Source of the DNA: Hormiphora californensis
Taxonomy: Eukaryota > Animalia > Ctenophora
DNA length: 64,000 bases
NCBI GenBank assembly: GCA_020137815.1
Contig: CM035354.1
Location: 3,906,001 to 3,970,000, forward strand
Reading direction: 5' to 3'
Shown: positions 43,346 through 54,300 of the stretch, piece by piece
Numbering within the stretch: position 1 is the stretch's first letter
How the letters are laid out: each line of letters opens with the position of its first letter
The notes under the pieces: model-generated
Told to the model about the DNA's origin: nothing
Databases searched by the model: none
Seen by the model: only the letters and a program-made list of their open reading frames with translations
Position numbers and translations under genes: made by a program

Positions 43346-45669
43346 ATGATTCCTGAATTCCTGAAAAGCCCTGAAATTGAGATGTCAATCATTTCTGACA
43401 CGAAAGAGTTCCTGCGTCGCCATGGAATTACCTTCATGGCCGATCAAGAGCGTCTCCTGGATGCTTTCCTTAACAAGAATCTGGAGATTGTTGACAATGA
43501 TGCTCAGGGGCGGAAAGTCGCTAAAGTTCGGGCAAGCAGACGAAATTATGTTGGGATCATTGTTGGGAAATCAGGTACGTTGCTTCTTGTTTCTAGTGTT
43601 CTACTAATTGTTATGTTCTAACCCTCCCTTTACATTTGTGGGCGGGGCACACGAAACAGGGTCTAGCTAGGCAATCTACTAATATTGTGGTAATTTTGTG
43701 CCTGACAGTTTGTTCTAAGCTACCTCTATCACAGGAAAGAACATTCGTAACATGAGGAATCAGACAGAGGCTGATGTGCAGAACCCGCGACAAGATGACG
43801 ATCCGGTGTTTACGGTCATGTGCGATAACTACAAGGTTTGTGTTGTTTTGTTCAAACCCATTGCAAGGCAAGGTTAATTGTGTTCAAGTGCACACTTTTC
43901 TAACCTGGGTTATCGGGGGTTTTAGTATTGACTGTAAGAGCATTGGCCTGACTATATTATCATTTCTTCAATTAAGCGCGAGAACTTTGGTCAGAGCATT
44001 GGCCTGACAGTGTATTGTTGAGTGTTGACAAGGAGTGTTTAGGGACTATTCAATAATAATTCTTTGTTTAGGGACTGTTGACAATGAGTTTGTGGATCCT
44101 TAGAGAGGATGATACACATTCAGGCCGGAACTCCGGGAACTTCAGCGAAGTTAAAATGTAAGTTTTTGATGTCACCAAATTCATGTTACCATGGTAACAC
44201 AGTGCCATGTCTCCCATTGTCTTCCAGGGACGACCTGTTTAGCCCATCATGCATCAGTCCCGCGGCATTCACATTCTCACCCAATCTCACGTCACCAACT
44301 GCAACTCACAAGTTTAAATATCCCAATAGCAGGTACATATTTCACCTGTTACTGCTAAACAATCATTAAAAACAATCACTCTCTTGTTGGTTAATTGTTT
44401 TGTTATTAGTGTACTGCAACTGTCTATATTTGCCCTTGCAAGGCTCTGTGAATAAATTTGATAATACTGTCTGAAACTTTGCTTCTTTTACCTGTCCCCG
44501 TTTTCAGTGAACGACAGGTGCAGGTGTGTGAGAGGTTCTGTGGTTTACTGATTGGTCCAAAGGGTGCAACGATCAAGCGAATCAAAGAGAATGCTGGGGT
44601 GAACATCCAGACACCCCCAAGGGAGCAGCCCGTCAAGGTCTTCTGTATATCAGGTTGGTATTCTAGAATCCCATTCCCAATAATATTGGGTTTCTCTAGA
44701 AATATACCAAGAAGATATTATCTTCTTGGTATATTTGTAGAGAAACACATTATTCTCTTATTGTCATTTCAACCTACCTCGCTCTGTAAACTATTTGACA
44801 CCCTCCCCTCTCCCAGGAAACTGTCTGGAGGATGTCCTGAAAGCGTACCAGCAGATGCGTGAGATAGTCCAGGGCAAGATCGACTCTGGCACCATCCCTC
44901 CATGTTATTGTGTCCATTGCGTTCACTATATGGAGGAGAAGGTCGTTCTGGTGAATTCAAACTCTCACACTCCCCAACTTGACTACACGACCAGTATCCT
45001 ATTGCAGTATATCGCTGGATCCTCTACTGGATACCCCTCCCCTTCAACTCCAACCACTCCATTCACTCCAGCCATGCCTTCTCCAGCTGCCATGTCCATG
45101 CCTTCTCCAGCTGCCATGTCAATGCCCTCTCCAGCCGCCATGTCCATGCCTTCTCCATACACCCCTGCTATGCCTTCTCCCGCTGCAATGTCTATGCCCT
45201 CTCCAGCTGTGTCTGCAAGATCACCCTTCTCTCCCGCTACTGCTATGTCACCATTCTCCCCCGCTGCAATGGCAACGACTCCCTCCCCTGGGAGCAGCAG
45301 TGAGCAGCAACAATGGATCTCATACCTGCTCAATGCTAACCTTGACAAGGTAAGGGCAGGTTGAGTTTGGGTATTTGTTGGGAGGTTGAAATAACATTTT
45401 GGGAGGTTGAATCAAATAAAAGATGGGGTGAATTAGGATGTAGGATAGTTATGGGTTGACTAACAGCCCCCCCTCCCCCTCAGAAGCTCCAGGAGCAGCA
45501 ACAGCACATCCTGAATTACAGAGAACTAATTGGGGCGTGGGGCGCTGCTGGCTACCTAGGAAGCCCAACTGCCAGCAACACAAGTGGTGGAGCTGCTAGC
45601 CCCTCCTTGTCCCACTATGGTGGTGGTGGAATCGGTGGTCTGGTCGGAGCTGCCTACCGTTCATTCTAG
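43346..45669 (+). CDS. MEX-3-like RNA-binding protein with two KH domains, a Ser-Pro repeat region and no RING finger
   Basis: Exons 43346 (or 43310)-43574, 43735-43835, 44072-44157, 44228-44332, 44508-44653, 44817-45349, 45484-45669. KH1 VGIIVGKSGKNIRNMR...NPRQDDDPVFTV and KH2 GLLIGPKGATIKRIKENAGVNIQTPPRE..VF.ISG resemble MEX3 (TPVRGEEPVF; GLVVGPKGATIKRIQ...TPSRDKEPVF). Probable 3' UTR intron at ~45685-45861. Confidence 0.85.
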
Positions 45670-45706
45670 TTCTGGAGGGAACAGGTGAGGTGAGTAACAA
45701 CCTTTC

Positions 45707-45757
<51 letters not shown>

Positions 45758-46567
45758 CTCTCTATCCATCTCTCTATCTATCTCTCTCGTACTCTGTTTT
45801 TGTCAAAATACAGTACTCAGTTTAGACAGATTACAGATCTCTAACACGCTGTTCCTCTCAGATGGAGCGGTGATGTGAAGAAGGATGTCAGGATTTGTGT
45901 ATCAGTATCCCCCAGCTATGACGAGATTATTGACTGCTGATGTACTAAAATATGACGAGATTTGTGAAGCGGGCTTTTTATCAAATTCTTTGTGTCGATA
46001 ACTTGTAATGGACAGGATGTGTGTATGTAGTGTGTGTGTGGGTGTGTAATTTATTATTTATTGATTTGTTTACATTTAAGTTTTATACTTACAAAGTCTA
46101 ATTCTTTTTATGCTAACTAAGTACTATACTTTTTATAACATTTTCTAATTTATACAGTGCAAGCTAAGCTATATAATATTACATATTTATAAGGCCAATA
46201 AATTATTAAACTTGGTTTTTATCAAGTAAAACTATTATATTCATTCGGAAGGGTAGTCTTACGGCATGAGATAATTTATTATCATTATTATGCAAGCACC
46301 CGGTGCTTAGTATACTAAGCTAAAACTATCATTTATATTTCTAATTTATTTATTCAGAATTGTGTACACAGTAAGACACTGTCATTTTAGTACAGTTAAT
46401 TCTGTATTTTGTAAAAATCTAATAACCGTGTTTTCTTGAATGCATTACTGAAGTTTGTCATGGCTTGTCTTGATTGTGGGCTCGTAGACCGTAGTACATA
46501 TCGCTACTTGCTACTGCATAGAGCAAGGGCAGGTAGGATCTTGCCCTTGCTGTAATTACCTATCATA

Positions 46568-46764
46568 CAGGGTGGTTCAGAAAGTTGGCGCCACTTGTTG
46601 GCGCCAATGTACGGTTTCAAACTTTCAATCTGTTATCAGTGAGTTGAAGAGAATTAGGAGAAGAGAAAAACTCTCTGTCAATCTCGTGGAAAAATATTTG
46701 TGAACCATACATTTCATTTCGTCACATTTATCTAAAAATGTCTCCAATTTTCTGAACCACCCTG
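46568..46764. mobile_element. 197-bp Tc1/mariner-type MITE
   Basis: TA-CAGGGTGGTTCAGAAA ... TTTCTGAACCACCCTG-TA. Confidence 0.8.
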
Positions 46765-47234
46765 TACGATTGTAGATCCCACATGAACATTGCAGAACAC
46801 CCTGTACGATTGTGGGACGTGCAAATAACCGACAACCAGGCACGTTGAACAAACTTCAGTAATGCTTATGTTTCTCCCTGTCCGTTTTTGTCCGTTTTTC
46901 TGTCTGTTCACTGTCATAAGCTGTCTGTTTGTCCGTGCTTTGTCATCAAATTGTGCCTTCTAAAACAATAGGCGTGTTTCCGGATAATGGATATTATCAT
47001 CATGATAATGATAACATCGGCTAGGATCCTACTTTCCTGTCCCGACAACATCTCCGAAATGTCTGGTGCAATGTCCAAACCAGACATAACAGGGGTGTGT
47101 CTGTATGTGTGCAGCTGTGTGTCAAAATGTTTAACACTTAATGAATTGATCTCAACTAGAGATAAAAGTGTTAAAACTTTGCAACTAATGAATTGCCCTA
47201 GCTCTCTCTCTCTCTCACTCTTCCTTTCTCTGCA

Positions 47235-47318
<84 letters not shown>

Positions 47319-47567
47319 CTGTTCCCCTCCGACCTCCCTCTTCCCCCTCATCTCTCCCTCTCTCTCACGTATCAACTGTCACTGGGGTGTGGCCAATTCA
47401 GATTAAAAAGGAATGTTGATGAATTGTTTTTCAACATATTGGGTCAATTCAGGTGTATCAAGATGGGGATCAATTGTTTTTGTTTTCAGTGTCACACATT
47501 CACACATGTCACGTGGGAATACAGGGTTCTCTCTCTCTCTCTCACTCTCTCTCACTCTCTCTCTCTC

Positions 47568-47615
<48 letters not shown>

Positions 47616-47670
47616 ACTTAAAAAAGGGAAAATACCCACGACCCACACCCCAATTTCTATCAAATCTCAC

Positions 47671-48440
47671 CAACTTTCCTGCATAGTGGAGATTCACTAT
47701 TCCACACTACGTCACTGTTACAGATCCTTACAGAGCTACCCTCTAGAACATGCTTCTTCTTGCAGTTGATGGTCACTGTCTGTCCTGGATCTGTGTCGCT
47801 CCAACTTCCTTGTACTGATCCGTGAACGGTAAATCCGGGGCACACTGGTAGATTGGGTGGATGGAATATCGCGTCGGTTAGGGAAATGACATACATGTAT
47901 GTACTACCAAAGTTAAATTGGCCTGATCTGTCAGAGCATTGATCTGTCAGAGCATTGGCCTGCCCCTATTCTCATTTCTTCAAATAAGTAGCGCACGAGA
48001 ACTGTGGTCAGAGCATTGGCCTGATAGTAATGACTCATCCTTCATTATCTGTTGGTTTTGCTCGGTAGCTGTCAGATGCGGTGTCTATCATGGAGTTGCC
48101 TGCGAAGCAGGCAAGCCCCGTGAGGGGATCGCCCTACGGGCGCGCGAACATGGGGCGCGCGACGTGCCCAAATCATGGAGCTGAATTTATTCTTAGTTCT
48201 CCACAACATCTCCTCCCCACTGTTTTACACAGTCATCTCCTCCCTCTGTGACTGAACTGGTAGTTTAGAACCTCCATCCCATTGCACTCCACACTGAGGG
48301 TGGTGTTCGAATTGTCCAAATCTTGTCCACTGCATCTGGTGGTTGTACTGGGAGGTCAGTCAATGAGCTGAAGCACTAGCCGATGGAGTATTGCAATAAT
48401 ATAATAGGTGAGTTGAACTTCACCCCCACCCTTCCAATGC
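47671..48440 (-). pseudogene. Decayed paralog of the domain-X/sushi gene at 655-4348
   Basis: 48440-48190 reads IGRVGVKFNSP..QYSIG*CFSSLTDLPVQPPDAVDKIWTIRT, frameshift, LSVECNGMEVLNYQF, frameshift, DCVKQWGGDVVE. An intact sushi exon with splice sites follows at 47671-47844 (VCPGFTVHGSVQGSW...C...LEGSSVRIC...WNSESPLC). No 5' exons were found. Confidence 0.8.
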
Positions 48441-49442
48441 ATCTCTTCCCTCCAACCCCCACTTGCCCCCCCCCCCTTTCTCCCTTTTCCAAAATAGGTA
48501 TCTGCATTCTTGCAGGAGGTATCGTGCTGACAGAAAAGGATCACCGCCCAACTGCTACCGACTCTTGCCAAGAAAATGAGGAAGAGGCTCTCAGTACCTA
48601 CTCATAGGAATTAGGAAAGGTGAGTTATCCTCGTCGTATTGATATGGGGGGGGGGGTGATATGGTTATGAGGTTGTCAGTGCTCTAATCGTACCCGATTA
48701 TCGATTAATACCGGCACCCATTACATCTTGCACGCACCAGAAAAATAGAGGGAGGCTCTGCTGCAGTCCGCTGCCAAGGGGAGTGGAACTCGGAAATCAG
48801 GGAACCAATCAGATTCGCGCGCTGCCCCTTGTTAAAAACTTGACCCCGCATCCTGGCTCCACTCTGTCTAGACGTTTGTCTCGCTCGGCCAGACATTGTC
48901 TGGCGTCAGGGGAGCGGCGACAGCTGATTTGACGTAACGCGCGGAAGTGTGTTGTGTGTGAGAAGTGGCGCGTAGCGTGGTTATGAACTCTAGCCACGCT
49001 GTTTTCTCATTTCCCGCGTTTCGTTCTCACCTGTGAGTCAGTGTGCGGTATGTGTGTTGTACATTGGGCATGCCTGCAGCCGTTATCTGTTGTGTTGGCC
49101 GTGATAATAACAAAATAATGAAGCAGGAATTTTGTGACACTTTCGAACAACTCTTGCTTATAAGATTATCGACACACAATTTGAATTCAAGTCACTATGA
49201 TCGCTCCGTTATCTAATCTCACACATAGCATTCTCTGCAGTACCTACTAATTTGTACTAATTTTTAGGTACTATGTACCTAATTTTCAGTCCGTATATCT
49301 CACACTTTGTTTAGTTGCTCATGTACTTGTAGACCACCTGTCAGGCCAATGTTCTGACAATAGACTACCGCTGCTACTTCTGGAGCTGGATCAATTTGAG
49401 AATTCGCCAAAATAAAATATAAAATATTTAGAAACTCTTGTT

Positions 49443-51358
49443 TCACACCGGTGTCTCTGTTAAAACTTGACACTTTTGTAAATCCTTCCTAATGCCAGCA
49501 AGCTGAGTTGCTAGTGTTTCATTGTCATCTAACAAATACTTTAGTTTCGCTTCCAAGCGTTCCCGTTTTTGTTTCTCAAACTGTATGCTCGTGTCCATTC
49601 GTGATCTGATTTGGGACAGTTTCCGCTCATAAAATATGACATAAGCCTCCAGATCTTTTTCCGTCACCTTGATTTGTTTCACTGGTGTACTGTGAAAATA
49701 TTCCTCTTTTCTCCTCTGTCTTTCCCTTTTTCGTGCTATTTGTTCCTCCAGAGAGATTCTCTGTACTTTTTTACAGGGTGTCGTAGAAATACTGACCGTA
49801 ACGGGTTCGTCTTCACTATTTAAACGAGACCGGGCAGGAGAGAGGGGACGAGGGTTCGTGGTAGTAGAGAGGGACCTCTCGTGAGAGGGTCGAGGTCGGG
49901 GCAGAGTCCGAGAGTGGGCTGTTGTGCTGATAGAAGTTTTAGGTTGCTAGGGTGGAGGACCCAGGGGGCGGAGGGGGACCTGCCCGGGTTTTACCGAGGT
50001 AGGGTCGCGTAGGATGGTACATAGGTTGGATCGTGGTGACCAAACTGACCACTCCGCTTGATTCGGATATTGGAATATTGGGACTGGGACATGTGTGGAG
50101 GGTTTGGGGATTCAAACTGCCATGATTCTGAAACAAGGAAGGAGGGTTTTGTTAGCTTATTTAGAACAGGAAACCGCAGGAACGGATTTATTATGATACG
50201 AATTACAGTTAAACTTTGTCAAAGTCTGGAGGGTCTCGAAACTTAAAGCAATGAATGCATAGAAATTAGCACAATTTATCAAAAAGTATTCTAGGGGTTG
50301 AGATTCGAGACTCTCTGATAGCTCCAAGAAATTTGGGCCAAAAAATTACTCTGAAGTAAGTGGACAAATTTTTTCTCTCTTTTTCTCTCCCCTTTCTTCC
50401 CCTCTTCTTCTCTTTTCTCCTCTCTCTCTTTCTCTCCCCTCTCTTTCCCTCTCTCCTCTTCCCCTCTCTTCCTTTTCTCTCCTTTTCTTCTCTCTCTTCT
50501 CTTTCTCTTCTCTCTCCTTCTTCTTCTCTCTCTCTCTCTCCTCTCCCCCTTCCTTTCTCTCCCCTCTCCTTTTCTCTTCTCCCTTTCTCTCTCTCTTCTC
50601 TCTTCTTTCTCTCTTTTCCCTCTCTCCTTTTCCCTGTATAATACCCCCACAAACCCCCGAAGAAAAAAATTTTTTATTTAAGGTCCACTCGGAATTTGGA
50701 GAAATATTTTTGGGGGATAAAGGGGAGAATTTAGAAACTAGGGGGGGAATTAAGTAAGATACTACTATTTTGGGGATAAAACGAGAAATAATTTATGAAA
50801 AACCAACTACTGCAGAGGTCAGCTAAGTGATCTCAAAGAAATCTGACAACTGGCTGAGTAGTGAGTGAGAGGAGTGGTCTACAACGCGATCAAGGGAACG
50901 TAGTAGGGAAAATCGACAAAGTATTTACTCCGAAGATGTGCCATTCTCTCTCTCCCCTCTTTTCTCTGGGCCCCTTTTCTTTTGTCTCCCTTTTCCCTTT
51001 AAAATTTTTCTTGCCTCCCCTACTTTCCTTACATCCTGCAAAAATCCCTCCGCTTTTTGTAAACTTACCCCCCCGAGTCCCGGGGAAAATTTCCTCCAGA
51101 GGAGAGAGAGAATTACATCCGAACACAAAGACAGAAAATTAAAATGCCTTTGAGTTTAGGGTGAGTTGCATCTGCCACAGAGGCGCAAATGGAGAGATAT
51201 GTAAAATATGTAAAACAGGGATTTTTTGAGAATGAAGGATAGAAAAGCACCATTGCTGTACCTAAGGGAGAGAGTAGAGAGAAGGAGAGAGAGAGAGAGG
51301 AGAGAGAGGAGAGTAGAGAGAGACGAGAAGGAGAAAGGGGAGGAGAGAGAGTGGGAGT

Positions 51359-51394
<36 letters not shown>

Positions 51395-54300
51395 ATTAAA
51401 AAGAGATATTAAATAATGGAAAGTGGGTGTGACCGGTAGTTGTTCTTAGACAGACATGCAGCTCAGCTGCAGTAAGCAGCGTGTGGAGCTGCTTCAAGGA
51501 AGCCGGTTCTAATTGGCTCTCCCCCCCCCCGTGTAACCTCGTGAATGGGCGAGTTTTTAGTGTGAGTTGAATACCTGTATTACACATGTGTGTATCGCAG
51601 CTGTGCAGTGAGGTGTCTGTAAAGTGTGAACAGAGGGTTTTGTGAAAAAGAGTCTGGAGCAGAGAGGGTTTTGTGCGTAGTGGAGCCTGGAATAAGGAGG
51701 GGAGTGGGGCAGTAAGGAAGGGCAATATAGGAGCCTGGAGCAGGGTAGTAGGGGAGCCTGGAGCAGGGTAGTAGGGGAGCCTGGAGCAGGGTAGTAGGGG
51801 AGCCTGGAGCAGGGTAGTAGGGGAGCCTGGAGCAGGGTAGTAGGGGAGCCTGGAGCAGGGTAGTAGGGGAGCCTGCAGCAGGGTAGTAGGCTGTATGCAT
51901 GTAGTATAGGCAGCAGTTCGTGTAATGAACAACTCCCCCCTGGAGCGACTATTGGAAATGAGTCAAATGACGTAGTAGTGATCACTGATAGACAGCAACC
52001 GTTACCATGTCAACCACCACGACAAAGTGATCTTTACAATTTCAAAATCTAAATAAAACCCATAACCAGACTATTATTTAATTCTTTTCCCAGGCAATAA
52101 CTGCTTCAAGACTTAACTAATCATAAGTTTACTAAACCTCATAGTTGAATAACCCCCTCCCCTTTTGTAGAAATCTCCAGAATTTTCGCTGCTTGATATA
52201 TTACCGCCGGCAAAGAAGGCCAAGAGAGGAAAACATATATTCAATCCCTCCCATTTCAAATCCTACAGAGATTTTGTGTGTTGCAACATCTTTTTTCTAG
52301 TTTCTACTATAACATATTACTTCCCATCCTTCTGCCCCCTTTCTGTCTCTCTCATAAAAAGCAAAATATTTGTTAACCATGATATATATTCTCGTGATGA
52401 AATAACAGCAAAGATGTAATGATGAGAAATGAGCTTAACTCATCATCAAAAAGGATTTAGTCGTGACGTCACTAAAGACCACCATGTTATAACCCCCTCC
52501 ATTGACAACAGATAACCATCATGCTCAAATGTGCGTTATAAAACCGTTGTAATATATATCTGTTCTCTGCTCTGTTTTTCTCCGATACAATATTAGACAT
52601 CACGTACAGCGGGGGGAACTCAGATTCTTCGTGCCAGCTGAGTTCTTCGAGCTCAGTCCCGTTGCCGTGGACCTGGTTGGCTGATGGTCCAGTGATTACG
52701 GTCAAATCACACCGGCTCTCTCCCCAATCTTGGGGAGTAAACTTTGCCAGAGACTTGCCGAACTCAACTATGGCACCGAGCTCTTGCAGTGCGGCTGGTC
52801 CCTGCTGGGATTTGGTTCGGCGGTCGATTGATGAGCGGTTGGTTGACGATTGATATCAGTCGTTGATCGATCGTTTGTCGGTCGGTCGTCGGACTGAGTT
52901 TTAGTGGGGATCCCGGTCGAACTGATAATCTCACCCCCGCTATATACAGCACCCCCTGAGGGCTCTGCCCGTCGACCCGGCTGCTGTCGCCTGCAAAACA
53001 GCTCTCTTGCCCATGGCTGTCTTTATGACAGGGCAGAGATAAACCCAGTAATAACCAAGTAGGGGCTGGTCGCCCCTGGGGAACCCCTGCCCAAATTTGC
53101 ACCTAAAAACCTCTGCCTATTTAACCCCCACACCCTATTTGTTCCAAAAAACAGATCTAGACACAAAATAACTTACCCTACCACTACTTCAAACGTAACG
53201 CGTGAAAACGCCATGGTGAACAAAGTCCGACCCAGGCCGAACAAACTGCGCGCACAGTTCCAAGCCCAAGTTCTAGACTCCTCAGACACACCCTACCCCC
53301 CCCCCCCCTAATCCCAAGCTCCGCACATGCGTGATCTCCACACCTACAACAAATCACCGAGCCTCAGACACGCACACCCCAAAACAAGGCAAGTGACAAA
53401 CCTACAAATCTGAAAGACCCTTTAGTAGTCAGGGAAAAGCCCATTACAGTTTGGGACACTTAAACAATGGTACCCTTATTCAAATAGCAGACACGCTTAC
53501 ACTGAGACCCCTCGCATTAATTACGCGAAGCCTTGAGTGAACTGATACTGGTCAAATGCACTCAGGGACAACCATAGACGTTGTTTTACAGCAACTAATC
53601 TATAACCTGGCCACCCGGCGATGGCAACATCGCCTGACCGGACCCTTGGGTCGTACTTGTGAATACATTACTAGCTAGCTTAGACTACAAGACCCCTGGT
53701 GTAAAGATAAGCATTTAATCCCTTGATAGGTAATCAATGATATCCGGCAAATCACCTACTTCCACAGTTGTCGTGACAGTGGTAACCAAAGACCATCCAA
53801 TTGGAAGGTAAGTCCCATCACATGTCTGCGGGGAAAGATTTCTCCGTGCCAAACCCGACACAGACTCGCATGCTCCTTTTGCGGTACCACAAAGAGACTG
53901 CTGGGAAACCAGTGGAATCTAAGTGGAATCATACCGACAGTGACCCTGCGTGTGGGGGTCATCTGGCAAGAAGTGAGGTCAGTAACGGGCCGGCTGAGGG
54001 GTCATCAATAACCTCAGCATGGGGTGGAACGACGGGAGGTACCGAACACACACACACACACGTACTGTCTGATGTCTCTCTATCATCTCTTTCTCCCCCT
54101 CCCTCCCACAAATGTATCATATCTGCCTCTCTGTGTTGGTATTTGGTCAAACCCGGGTCCCTGATCTCTTGAAAAAAGGAAAAATCAGTATTGGACGAAC
54201 AAACAAACAAACACTGGGATGGTGAACAGGGTGTTGTAGTAAACGATGATACCCTTCAACTGCATTCTACACACTCTCTATCTCTTTTATCTATCTGTCT

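Noticed and set aside
48516-48619. Orphan plus-strand exon with good splice sites
   Set aside because: It has stops in all three frames and no neighbouring exons or recognisable product.
49820-49993. Stop-codon readthrough after Abi YATLPR*
   Set aside because: The frame after the TAA closes within about 57 codons and is not the coiled-coil frame; a 68-nt intron (49927-49994) explains the join.
51396-51985. Three overlapping repeat-protein ORFs
   Set aside because: They are an artefact of a stop-free 23-bp minisatellite in an intron.
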